From NCBI GenBank assembly GCA_018062765.1, contig JAGORR010000001.1:442485-506484 (forward strand): a stretch of DNA of 64,000 nt, written 5' to 3'. The notes below the pieces were generated by a model. That model did not search any database, had not been told where the DNA came from, and saw nothing but the letters and a program-made list of their open reading frames with translations. The translations under genes were made by a program, and so were the position numbers. Positions 1 to 8,893 of the stretch are shown here, piece after piece. The DNA is from Minisyncoccota bacterium (lineage in GTDB: Bacteria; Patescibacteriota; Minisyncoccia; Phycocordibacterales; Phycocordibacteraceae). The stretch's first letter is position 1, and every line of letters starts with the position of its first letter.

Positions 1-750
1 ACCGCCCTGATGCGCATATCTGGTGCGCTGCCGGACGCTGGTAAATACGTCTTTCATCGACCCGTAGGGCTCTTTCAAGTTGCGTATCGCACTGCCATAG
101 GCGGTTTCGGAATAGAACCCACGCGCATCGTATTTCACGAAGGCACAACGGTGCGAGAGATGGCGCGTGTCTTCGCGGCAGCCTTTCCTGACTTTGATGC
201 TGACGCATTCGTTGAACAAGGACTTCCTTTGGAGGGGTATCTATTTCCTAATACTTATTTTTTCTATCCGGATGTGACTCCGGAGGACGCGCTTATCACG
301 CTGTTCTCGCATTTCAATAATGAGCGCGACGCGATTGCGGCTGAGGTGGTAGCCTCCAAGCACTCGGAGAAAGACCTCATTATCATGGCGTCGATTCTCC
401 AAAAGGAGGGACGCGGGCTAGAGGAAATGCGTTCCATCGCGGGCGTACTTTGGCATCGCATAGAGATTGGGATGCCGCTTCAAGTAGACGCCGTATTCAG
501 CTACATCAAGGATGTGCCGCTCTACAGCCCCAAGTTCTCCGAGCTCGAAATCGAATCACCCTACAACACGTACCTTAATAAGGGCCTCCCGCCAGGCCCA
601 ATCGGCAACCCAGGCAGCGTAGCTATCCTTGCCGCAGCGACTCCGGCGACCACCACCTCTCTCTTCTATCTGACAGGTAATGACGGGGTCACTCGTTTTG
701 CTAAGACCTTTGAGGAGCACAAGCGCAATCGCGCCCTCTACCTGGATTAG
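1..750 (+). CDS. mltG: endolytic murein transglycosylase MltG/YceG family, 5'-truncated by the window edge
   Basis: The reading frame is open from base 1. It has the YceG-like signature EGYLFPNTYFF and the expected downstream conserved blocks. The N-terminus lies outside the window. Confidence 0.8.
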   Translation, partial: TALMRISGALPDAGKYVFHRPVGLFQVAYRTAIGGFGIEPTRIVFHEGTTVREMARVFAAAFPDFDADAFVEQGLPLEGYLFPNTYFFYPDVTPEDALITLFSHFNNERDAIAAEVVASKHSEKDLIIMASILQKEGRGLEEMRSIAGVLWHRIEIGMPLQVDAVFSYIKDVPLYSPKFSELEIESPYNTYLNKGLPPGPIGNPGSVAILAAATPATTTSLFYLTGNDGVTRFAKTFEEHKRNRALYLD

Positions 751-831
751 CTCGCAAACAGGGGTGCTACGGCGACCACCTCGACATAATTATGCTTTCG
801 TATAGGGTGGTGATAGAGAAAGGAGAACACA

Positions 832-1134
832 ATGCAAGATATCGAGCCCCGGATAATCTCCGCGGAGAGTCCGCTTGCTTCGATCGGCGACCTTACCTAT
901 GCGGTCGAGCACAACCCGAATTGCCCTAAGCCCTTCAAAGTGCGGCTTGTGGGTGACGCAGGAATGCTCGATCTGGTACGGCCCGGTGCGAACCTGACCC
1001 GTGACCTCCTGGGTCATGGGGTTACGCTCCAAGAGGCTGTCATCGAGGCAGCAGAGAAGCACGAGGCGCGCAGAGCTGCATCTGCTGCACGCTTCAGGCC
1101 AGGCACGAAACCTCGGCTCGTACACGCCGCATAA
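832..1134 (+). CDS. hypothetical protein (100 aa)
   Basis: ORF with a good SD (aaaggagaa) 6 nt upstream of the ATG. No recognisable motifs. Confidence 0.45.
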   Translation: MQDIEPRIISAESPLASIGDLTYAVEHNPNCPKPFKVRLVGDAGMLDLVRPGANLTRDLLGHGVTLQEAVIEAAEKHEARRAASAARFRPGTKPRLVHAA

Positions 1135-1143
1135 GACTGAACG

Positions 1144-1175
1144 AGCGCCCCGACAACGATTGGTCGGGGCGCTTC
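1144..1175 (+). terminator. rho-independent terminator-like hairpin
   Basis: gagcgccccgac-aacgattg-gtcggggcgct followed by a T-rich run. Confidence 0.5.
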
Positions 1176-1193
1176 TTGTGCTATCGTCGCCGC

Positions 1194-2222
1194 ATGGACG
1201 TACGAGGAAAACGCATATATGTGGGACTCTCAGGCGGCGTTGACTCCGCGGTGACCGCTGCGCTCCTACAGAAGGAGGGCGCGAAGGTAACGGGCGTTTT
1301 CATAAAAGGCTGGTACCCACCTGGAATGCCTTGCACCTGGAGCGCCGACAGGCGTGACGCGATGCGCGTTGCAGCATCGCTTCACATCCCATTCAAGACA
1401 CTTGATGCCTCCGACGAATACAAGAAGGGAGTTATCGATTATCTTATGCGCGAGTACCGCGCGGGGCGTACGCCGAACCCTGACGTAATGTGCAACCGAG
1501 AGGTGAAATTCGGCGCGTTTTATCGCTACGCGATGGAACAGGGTGCGGACTATGTTGCGACCGGTCACTACGCTCGCGTCGAACATGGAGAGCTCGAGCG
1601 CGGCAGAAGCACTGCGAAGGATCAGTCCTACTTCCTCTGGGCAGTGCCTAAGGAGGCATTGGAGCGTACGCTATTTCCGCTTGGCATATATGAGAAGTCG
1701 GAGGTTAGGAAGCTTGCTCGCACATTCAATCTACCTGTTTTCGATAAGCCAGATAGTCAGGGAATCTGTTTTCTGGGGGACATATCTGTTGAAGATTTTC
1801 TGAGAGCGGAGTTGGCGAGCGAGTCCGGTACGGCGGTGGATGAGACCGGAGTGACTATCGGCACACATGATGGCGCACTCCTCTACACGCTTGGCGAGCG
1901 AGTCGCCCTCAAAGACGCGGTACCCGGGCCATGGTACATCGTTGCGAAGGATATAGAGAAAAACATGCTGACGGTCTCTCAGGAGCCAAATCATTCACCT
2001 TGGACAGGTGCATTCGCGCTCACTGATACGAATTGGCTAGCGTCGACAGAAGCTGCGAAAACCTATGTGGCCCAGTATCGCTATCATGGACCGCGCGTCT
2101 TGGTGCGGGTTCAGGGTGTGCAAGTAACCCCGATTGAGTCAATGCGGGAGCCTATAGCAGCAGGGCAATCCCTAGTTGTCTACGACGGTGACCGGCTCCT
2201 TGGCGGAGGAGTGATATCATAG
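1194..2222 (+). CDS. mnmA: tRNA-specific 2-thiouridylase MnmA
   Basis: SGGVDSAV PP-loop, PNPDVMCN and KDQSYFL motifs. Start taken at MDVRGKRIYVGLSGG. Confidence 0.9.
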   Translation: MDVRGKRIYVGLSGGVDSAVTAALLQKEGAKVTGVFIKGWYPPGMPCTWSADRRDAMRVAASLHIPFKTLDASDEYKKGVIDYLMREYRAGRTPNPDVMCNREVKFGAFYRYAMEQGADYVATGHYARVEHGELERGRSTAKDQSYFLWAVPKEALERTLFPLGIYEKSEVRKLARTFNLPVFDKPDSQGICFLGDISVEDFLRAELASESGTAVDETGVTIGTHDGALLYTLGERVALKDAVPGPWYIVAKDIEKNMLTVSQEPNHSPWTGAFALTDTNWLASTEAAKTYVAQYRYHGPRVLVRVQGVQVTPIESMREPIAAGQSLVVYDGDRLLGGGVIS

Positions 2223-2227
2223 GCGCA

Positions 2228-2620
2228 ATGCGATTGTGGCCTTCGATACTCATCGTCACGTTTATAGTGATAGTTGGGTTCCTGACGCTCTTCCTGCGCA
2301 CTACTGAGGCCCCAAGCGATGATGCGCCGGTCGCGCTACGGATAGTGTCTGTCTCATACGCGAGCGAATACGAAGAGAATGGGTACGCGTTATCCGGGAC
2401 CGCGCGCGTACCGAATCGATGCCTGACGGTCGCTGCAGCAGCTGCCTACGACGCGGGAAATAACATCATCACCATTGCTCTTACGAACGATCCTATAGAG
2501 GGCATCTGTCTTGAAGTCGAGACAGATGTGCCGTTTGAAGTGTTCGTCGAAGCTCCCGAAGAAGCTACCGTAGCCTTTACGGCAAATGGTGAGTCGATTA
2601 CGCCAACGCTACTACCATGA
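2228..2620 (+). CDS. hypothetical small secreted/membrane-anchored protein
   Basis: N-terminal hydrophobic segment (ILIVTFIVIVGFLTLFL). No known domain. Confidence 0.4.
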   Translation: MRLWPSILIVTFIVIVGFLTLFLRTTEAPSDDAPVALRIVSVSYASEYEENGYALSGTARVPNRCLTVAAAAAYDAGNNIITIALTNDPIEGICLEVETDVPFEVFVEAPEEATVAFTANGESITPTLLP

Positions 2621-3459
2621 CGGTATCCACTATCGTCAAAGCAGATGGAACGGTTGAAGCATTCGACCCGGCGAAGCTTATCGGGTCGCTCACGAAAGCT
2701 GGCGCAACCATGGCATCGGCCGAGCGCATAGCGCACGTGATTCTCTCTACATCTGCGTCGAGCGTAATGTCGGCGGAGGTGTACCGAAAAGCGTTCTCTA
2801 TGCTCCGGCGCGAGGCGAAGCCGGCTGCTGCGCGCTACGCGCTTCGCCGAGCGCTTCTTGAACTTGGCCCCTCGGGGCATCCATTTGAGGATTTTATAGC
2901 GGAGCTCTACACCGCAGAGGGCTGGAATGTGGAGTGGCGGAAGATTGTTCAAGGCAAGTGCGTTTCTCACGAGGTCGACCTTTTTGCGACCCGTGGCGAA
3001 GAGACTATCGCAGGTGAGCTTAAGTACCACAATGACGCGTTTTATAAGACTGACGTAAAAGTAGCGCTTTATGTAAAGGCGAGGCTAGATGATGTCGCCA
3101 ATTGTCAGCCGGGAAAGCGTACCTGTGTCATAACGCGCGGCTGCCTCATCACGAACACTAAGTTTACGAAGCATGCCATCGACTACGGCAAATGCTCGGG
3201 CGTCGAACTCATCGGGTGGAACTATCCGGCAGAGGGGAACCTCTTCGACCGCATCGTCGCGAGCGGGATTTACCCCGTATCAACGCTTACAACACTTAAG
3301 AAGGCTGAGAAGAATCTGCTTATCGGCGAGCGCATCGTGACCACCCGCGGACTCAAGGAGCGCCGCGAAGTACTCCGGAAGATAGGCGTACCCCCATCTC
3401 GCATCGGGAGTATACTGGCGGAGATAGAAACCCTGCATAATCCCGTATCCCATGGCTGA
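2617..3459 (+). CDS. ATP-cone domain protein fused to a restriction-endonuclease-like (PD-(D/E)xK, Mrr-cat-like) domain
   Basis: N-terminus VKADGTVEAFDPAKLIGSL matches the ATP-cone consensus. Mid-region HEVDLFATRGEE...ELKYH fits a D..E.K nuclease core. Confidence 0.55.
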   Translation: MTVSTIVKADGTVEAFDPAKLIGSLTKAGATMASAERIAHVILSTSASSVMSAEVYRKAFSMLRREAKPAAARYALRRALLELGPSGHPFEDFIAELYTAEGWNVEWRKIVQGKCVSHEVDLFATRGEETIAGELKYHNDAFYKTDVKVALYVKARLDDVANCQPGKRTCVITRGCLITNTKFTKHAIDYGKCSGVELIGWNYPAEGNLFDRIVASGIYPVSTLTTLKKAEKNLLIGERIVTTRGLKERREVLRKIGVPPSRIGSILAEIETLHNPVSHG

Positions 3460-3949
3460 AATGCTCACCTTACCTCCTGGAGTACCGCCACGCCGCTCAT
3501 ATTTCATTCCTGCGCTGCTTATCGCATTAGCGGCGATAGTCGTAGGTGGAAGCTGGTTCTTGGCGGCAGGGGAGCCGCGTATCACGAGCGAGGCAGCATC
3601 CGACGAAGCGCTGCGGTTGGCGATCGCGAGCGAGCTTGTGAGTGTTTCTAGCCAGCCTGCAGGAAGCTCGGTTATGGTCGAGCGCGTGAACGTGGACGCG
3701 CCTGCGGTGTGGGTCGTAGTTGCAGAAATGCGTGGTGATATCGTCTGGCGGGCGCTTGGCGCCTTCCACACACTTGGAACTTCCAACAGTGTCCCCGTCC
3801 CTCTTTTGCGCGCTACATCACCACAAAGCGAGTACGCAATCATTCTTTACCGAGACGACGGGGACGGACAGTTCGAGCTCCATGGCGATAGCGCCTTTAT
3901 AGACTTCGAGACCGGCGCACGGGTACGGAAGGACTTCAAAACGCTTTAA
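3452..3949 (+). CDS. hypothetical membrane-anchored protein
   Basis: Single N-terminal TM (FIPALLIALAAIVVGGSWFL). Start overlaps the previous gene. Confidence 0.45.
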   Translation: MAEMLTLPPGVPPRRSYFIPALLIALAAIVVGGSWFLAAGEPRITSEAASDEALRLAIASELVSVSSQPAGSSVMVERVNVDAPAVWVVVAEMRGDIVWRALGAFHTLGTSNSVPVPLLRATSPQSEYAIILYRDDGDGQFELHGDSAFIDFETGARVRKDFKTL

Positions 3950-3985
3950 TTTTGAGCCTGAGGTCGGCTCGCGTAGAATAGAAAA

Positions 3986-4762
3986 ATGGCCTGGAAGTCC
4001 AAGACATTCGACCCCACCTCTACGGAGCCATTTACGATAAGCCGCTCGAAGATTGACCTCTATTCCGAATGCAAACGATGTTCGTACCTCGATTTGCGGC
4101 TTGGGGTGAAGCGCCCGTCGGGGCCCTCATTCACGCTCAATAACGCAGTTGACGAACTTTTTAAGAAGGAGTTCGATGCGCATCGCGCTGACAAAACCGC
4201 GCATCCATTGATGACAAAGTACGGAATTGACGCGGTGCCTTTCAACGATGATCGTCTTACCGAATGGCGTGACGCGCTTAAGCGAGGCGTTAAGACACAT
4301 CACGAGGAAACCAACCTTATTGTGCGTGGCGGCATAGACGATGTGTGGGTGGCGCCTTCAGGTGAGCTCATTGTCGTCGACTACAAGGCAACTTCGAAAA
4401 AAGAGGCACCGACGACTGATGCTGACCTGTACCCGTCCTATAAAAAACAAATCGAGGTGTACCAGTGGTTATTCCGTCGAAATGGATTTCAGGTGTCACC
4501 GACGGGGTATTTCGTCTACGCCAACGGTCGCTCCGATGAGAAGGCGTTCGACGCAAAGCTCGAATTTGATATCAACCTTGTCTCTTACACCGGCGACGAT
4601 TCGTGGATAGAGCCGACACTCCATGATCTTAAAGCGACGATGATGTCTGACGAGATACCGGAAGTGGGGCTCGCCTTTGGCGGAGGTCCGTGTGATTTCT
4701 GCACCTACCGCGAAGAAGCGGGAAAGATACTGCTTGCGATTCATAAAGCAAAGAAGAAGTAG
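3986..4762 (+). CDS. PD-(D/E)XK nuclease superfamily protein, Cas4/RecB-nuclease-like with a 4-Cys cluster
   Basis: VVDYKAT motif typical of Cas4/RecB nuclease domains. Cys pairs at the N-terminus (CKRC) and C-terminus (CDFC). No cas genes or CRISPR nearby. Confidence 0.6.
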   Translation: MAWKSKTFDPTSTEPFTISRSKIDLYSECKRCSYLDLRLGVKRPSGPSFTLNNAVDELFKKEFDAHRADKTAHPLMTKYGIDAVPFNDDRLTEWRDALKRGVKTHHEETNLIVRGGIDDVWVAPSGELIVVDYKATSKKEAPTTDADLYPSYKKQIEVYQWLFRRNGFQVSPTGYFVYANGRSDEKAFDAKLEFDINLVSYTGDDSWIEPTLHDLKATMMSDEIPEVGLAFGGGPCDFCTYREEAGKILLAIHKAKKK

Positions 4763-4763
4763 C

Positions 4764-5027
4764 ATGAGAACCGAGTTCGCCGACAAGGTGCGCGACATCG
4801 TCCGGAAGATTCCTAAGGGTAAGACGATGTCATACAAGGAAGTCGCGGCTCGCGCAGGTCGCCCGGGCGCCTCGCGAGCTGTAGGGACCATCATGGCTAA
4901 CAACTTCCTTAAGGATGTGCCGTGTCATCGAGTCATTCGTTCAGATGGAAAGATAGGCGAGTACAATCGTGGAGGACCTGACGCCAAGCGAAAGCTGCTG
5001 GTCAGCGAGGGAGCTATTGACAAATAG
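4764..5027 (+). CDS. ogt: methylated-DNA-protein-cysteine methyltransferase (Ogt C-terminal domain only, 87 aa)
   Basis: SYKEVAARAGRPGASRAVG...PCHRVI active-site motif. The ATG is 2 nt after the upstream stop. Confidence 0.7.
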   Translation: MRTEFADKVRDIVRKIPKGKTMSYKEVAARAGRPGASRAVGTIMANNFLKDVPCHRVIRSDGKIGEYNRGGPDAKRKLLVSEGAIDK

Positions 5028-5096
5028 CCTTAAACGGTATATACTTTATATTGGTGGGGTGTTTTCTAGGGTCAAACAATCACCCAGGAGCACTCA

Positions 5097-5330
5097 ATGT
5101 TCATCGTCCGTCCCGTATTTTGGATCATCAGTGCGGTCTTCGCCCTCCTTACGATCTACTTACTTCTTGAAAGCTCGTACGTCGTTTGGGAGTGTGAACA
5201 GGCACGTAATGTCACCTGCAGGTCCGACGTGCTCGGATTCGACTCGGCTGACGTCGCGTTCATCTTCACGATGATGTCCATCTTCTTCGCAATCTTCGCG
5301 TACCCGTGGGTACCGAAGAACGCAAAATAA
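5097..5330 (+). CDS. small hypothetical membrane protein (77 aa)
   Basis: SD aggag upstream. Two hydrophobic helices. Confidence 0.4.
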   Translation: MFIVRPVFWIISAVFALLTIYLLLESSYVVWECEQARNVTCRSDVLGFDSADVAFIFTMMSIFFAIFAYPWVPKNAK

Positions 5331-5384
5331 GATTCTGGCCGTCCGCTCCACGCGGCGGCCTTTTTCGTTATACTGACGCCTAAT

Positions 5385-6056
5385 ATGCCACTCGTACTTG
5401 AGGAGAGCTGGAGGCAGGCACTTGCGCCAGAGTTTAGCCAGCCGTATTGGGAAGAGCTTATCGCTTTCGTACAGGCCGAGTATCTCACGCGTCCTACCTA
5501 TCCCATTTCAAAGGATATCTTTCGTGCGTTTGAGCTTACCCCCTTTGAGTCGGTGAAAGTTGTGATTCTGGGACAGGACCCATATCACGGATTAGGGCAG
5601 GCCAACGGTCTATCGTTTGCAGTAAACGAGGGCGTTCGCAACCCTCCGTCGCTACAAAATATCTTTAGGGAGATCGAAGCAGAGTTTGGAGAACCAATGC
5701 GCAGTAGGAGCGGAGATTTATCTCGGTGGGCGCGGCAGGGCGTATTGCTTCTAAACGCAACGCTCACAGTAGCGGCGAAGTCGCCGGGTTCTCACCAAGG
5801 CAAGGGATGGGAGAGATTTACAGATGCCGTTATAAAGGCACTTTCCGAAAAGCGCGAGCACGTAGTCTTTCTACTGTGGGGCAGATATGCACGAGAGAAG
5901 GGTGCGCATATTGATAGGAAGAAGCATCTGGTACTCGAGTCTCCGCACCCATCACCCTTTGCTGCCTCTTTAGGATTTTTCGGGAACGGACACTTTAAGC
6001 AGGCGAACGCGTATTTAGCAGCTCGCAGTCGTGCTCCCATTGATTGGCTTTCGTAG
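5385..6056 (+). CDS. ung: uracil-DNA glycosylase family 1
   Basis: GQDPYH water-activating motif and HPSP(F) C-terminal motif. Confidence 0.9.
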   Translation: MPLVLEESWRQALAPEFSQPYWEELIAFVQAEYLTRPTYPISKDIFRAFELTPFESVKVVILGQDPYHGLGQANGLSFAVNEGVRNPPSLQNIFREIEAEFGEPMRSRSGDLSRWARQGVLLLNATLTVAAKSPGSHQGKGWERFTDAVIKALSEKREHVVFLLWGRYAREKGAHIDRKKHLVLESPHPSPFAASLGFFGNGHFKQANAYLAARSRAPIDWLS

Positions 6057-6150
6057 CGCAGTAGCGGCTGTGGAAGTGCAGCTATCCTCGTGCTAGGGTC
6101 TACCTCGGATGGGCGTCAGGTGACGTTTACCGCTCTTTGAGGAGGTTTCC

Positions 6151-6804
6151 ATGTACGCACAACCCGTGCGCGGCCTAGCGGCCGGATTCGCTACGAGCGG
6201 GGCCACGCCGCTCACGCTTAAGGAAACGCTACAGGCGTTCGACGTGCCCATCCTGTCGCAGGAGGCTGTCTACGCTCACAAGCGCGAGCTTTCCAAGAGC
6301 TTCAGTCCTGTGCGTTATGTGCTCGCACACTTCTTCAGCTGGTGTTCGCTCTTTGCGGTCGCTGATGCAATCGACCGCGCGAGCAACTACCGAGCATCGG
6401 ATGCGATCATCTACAGCTACCTTGGCTTCGTCGTGATTGCGACGGCCATAGGTATAACGGGCATGTATTCCTACAGCCTGGAGTTCGCCGTGGGTCTCAT
6501 CCCGCTCTCATGCGTATTCGCCCTCGCTCTCGTTACTGGTGCCAGTAGCAAAGATCTGCGCAGGGTTACCCGTTGGCGACGTTCCTCGCTCTACCGCTAT
6601 GACCGCACGCCGGGCGCAAACCCGATCACGCTGCGACTACGCGAGCGGGCAACCCGTGTCCACGAGCTTACCGGGGCAAGGATCATGATCGACTCCTACA
6701 ACACCGACCCGTTCCTCGTCGCCGTGCGCGGCTGGGGCCCGTGGAAGGAGGAAGCCACCATCGGCGCCTGGGAGACCGGTGTGCCCGAACTCGACAGACT
6801 GTAG
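6151..6804 (+). CDS. hypothetical membrane protein
   Basis: SD gaggagg upstream. Two to three TM segments. Confidence 0.45.
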   Translation: MYAQPVRGLAAGFATSGATPLTLKETLQAFDVPILSQEAVYAHKRELSKSFSPVRYVLAHFFSWCSLFAVADAIDRASNYRASDAIIYSYLGFVVIATAIGITGMYSYSLEFAVGLIPLSCVFALALVTGASSKDLRRVTRWRRSSLYRYDRTPGANPITLRLRERATRVHELTGARIMIDSYNTDPFLVAVRGWGPWKEEATIGAWETGVPELDRL

Positions 6805-6808
6805 CCGA

Positions 6809-6838
6809 AGCGGCCGCACCTAGGTGCGGCCGCTTTTC
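6809..6838. terminator. bidirectional rho-independent terminator
   Basis: gcggccgcacc-tagg-tgcggccgc followed by ttttctt, sitting between convergent genes. Confidence 0.6.
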
Positions 6839-6857
6839 TTATACTTGAGCACAATTC

Positions 6858-8828
6858 CTACCAAATCTTGGCGCGTTCACTAGGTGCACGATAGAGCTTG
6901 TCGCCCTTTTCGACGCTCCATGCGCGGTAGAACTCCTCCATATTGGAGGCCGGCCCGTTGATGCGGAACTTCCCAGGCGAGTGCGGGTCGTTAATAACCT
7001 GCATCTTCTGGAACTCAGGCCTGGACTTCTCGCGCTCAAACAAGGAAAATCCGAGGAAGAACCGCTGTTCTGGCGTGAATCCATCGACGTCTGAGGCGTC
7101 ACCAGTGCGTAACTGATACAGCTTCCATGCGTCATAGGCGATAGAAGCTCCGCCGAGGTCCGCAATGTTCTCACCCAAGGTCAGTTTTCCGTTTACGTGC
7201 ACCCCGTCGGCTACCGTGTACTGGTCGAACTGTTTAACGACAACGTCTGCACGTTTCTCGAAGCGCCTACGGTCTTCGCTCGTCCACCAACTTTTGAGAT
7301 TACCTTTCTCATCGAACTTCGAGCCTTGGTCATCAAATCCGTGCGTAATCTCGTGTCCGATAACGGAACCAATCGAGCCGTAATTCACGGCCATATCACC
7401 CCAAGGATCAAAGAACGGCGGCTGAAGGATGGCGGCAGGGAAGACGATGTCGTTAAGGTTTGGCGCGAAGTACGCATTCACCGTTTGCGGATACATAAAC
7501 CACTCGCCACGGTCTATCGGACCACCAAGTTTCTTCACCTGGCGTTTATGCTCCTGCTCCCCGGCACGAACCAGGTTTCCCATAAGGTCGTCTGGACGGA
7601 TGACGAGGCCGCGATAGGACTTCCACTTGTCGGGGTATCCAATCTTACGATTCATCGCGCTTAGCTTCTTGAGCGCCTTCTTTTTAGTCGCGGGACTCAT
7701 CCAGTCAATTCCCTTGATGCGTGCCGCGTACGCCGCAAACAGGTCGTCTACGAGCATGTTCATTTTTTGCTTCGCCTCCTTGCTGAAGTACCGCTCCACA
7801 TAGACTTTCCCCAAAAGCTCTCCCAAATTTCCATTGACGGCAGAGAGTGCGCGACGCCATAGCGGCTTCATGACCTTAGTACCCGTGAGTACTGTTCCGT
7901 AGAAAGAGAAGGAGGCGCGAACGAATGCGGGGGTAAGGACGCCTGACATGTCATTAACGAGCTGCCACTCCAGATACACCTTCCAGTCGGACAGGTTTAC
8001 GCGCGCGAGCATTGAAGAAACCCCCTTCAAAAATTCCGGCTGCATGACGATGACAGACGCGGGAGCCGGTATCGCATTGAGTCGCCAGTACCGCTTCCAG
8101 TCGAAGTCAGCGAGAAGACGTGAAAGCTCTTTGGCGCTTTTCTTGTGGTAGGTCTTATCCGCATCGCGCGCGGACACCTTATCCATCGAGTGCTTGGCAA
8201 GCTCGGTCTCAACGCGCATGACGATGTCTTTGCGACGCGCAGCTTCCTTCGCGTCATACCCAGCGAGGCGGTGAATCCGTGTTACGTACGGGCCGTAGGC
8301 GGTACGCACACGTTTCGATTCCGCGTCATCATTCAGATAGTATTCGCGGTCAGGCATCCCAAGTCCGTCCTGAACGAGGTGCAGGCGGTACTTCGTAGAA
8401 TCCTTTGCGTCCTGATCAATCATGACGCCCCAGGGAGCGGTGACACCGAGGCGATGAAGCTTCGCGATAGCAATTTCAAGACTCTTCCTGTCATGTATCT
8501 CTCTTACTATCTTGAGCCATGGTGAGAGAGGCAGCATGCCGAGCTTCTGTCGCGTCTTAAGGTCCGCGGCAGAGCGATACAGGTCAGCGACCATTTGCTC
8601 GGGTGAGCCCTTCGCTAGTCGTCTCTTGGTGAGAAGTTCATCGACAACGCGGCGAAGCTTTTTCTCGGTATCAAACCGCAGCTGCATAAAGGTTCCCCAG
8701 CGGCTCTCCGCTTTGGGAATTCCGGTGCGCGCTAGCCATCCGCCACCTGCGTACTCGTAGAAATCGTCGCCCGGTCTTACCTTCTTGTTCATGTCTCGGA
8801 CTTGTATGACGGAGCGTTTCGGTGACAT
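6858..8828 (-). CDS. pepO: M13 family zinc metallopeptidase (PepO / endothelin-converting-enzyme-like)
   Basis: HEITHGFD zinc motif, GENIADLGG and NAYY motifs. Start is ambiguous: MSPKRS at 8828 or MNKK at 8792. The track TTG/ATG at 8969 is unlikely. Confidence 0.85.
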   Translation of the reverse strand: MSPKRSVIQVRDMNKKVRPGDDFYEYAGGGWLARTGIPKAESRWGTFMQLRFDTEKKLRRVVDELLTKRRLAKGSPEQMVADLYRSAADLKTRQKLGMLPLSPWLKIVREIHDRKSLEIAIAKLHRLGVTAPWGVMIDQDAKDSTKYRLHLVQDGLGMPDREYYLNDDAESKRVRTAYGPYVTRIHRLAGYDAKEAARRKDIVMRVETELAKHSMDKVSARDADKTYHKKSAKELSRLLADFDWKRYWRLNAIPAPASVIVMQPEFLKGVSSMLARVNLSDWKVYLEWQLVNDMSGVLTPAFVRASFSFYGTVLTGTKVMKPLWRRALSAVNGNLGELLGKVYVERYFSKEAKQKMNMLVDDLFAAYAARIKGIDWMSPATKKKALKKLSAMNRKIGYPDKWKSYRGLVIRPDDLMGNLVRAGEQEHKRQVKKLGGPIDRGEWFMYPQTVNAYFAPNLNDIVFPAAILQPPFFDPWGDMAVNYGSIGSVIGHEITHGFDDQGSKFDEKGNLKSWWTSEDRRRFEKRADVVVKQFDQYTVADGVHVNGKLTLGENIADLGGASIAYDAWKLYQLRTGDASDVDGFTPEQRFFLGFSLFEREKSRPEFQKMQVINDPHSPGKFRINGPASNMEEFYRAWSVEKGDKLYRAPSERAKIW

Positions 8829-8893
8829 GCGGGCAGTATAGTACAGAGCTTCACGCTTCGCGCGGCATGCACCGTGTGCTATCGTCGCTTCAT

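Noticed and set aside
3986-4762. CRISPR-Cas locus suggested by the Cas4-like nuclease
   Set aside because: There is no repeat-spacer array and no other cas gene anywhere in the window. PD-(D/E)XK/Cas4-like nucleases also occur alone.
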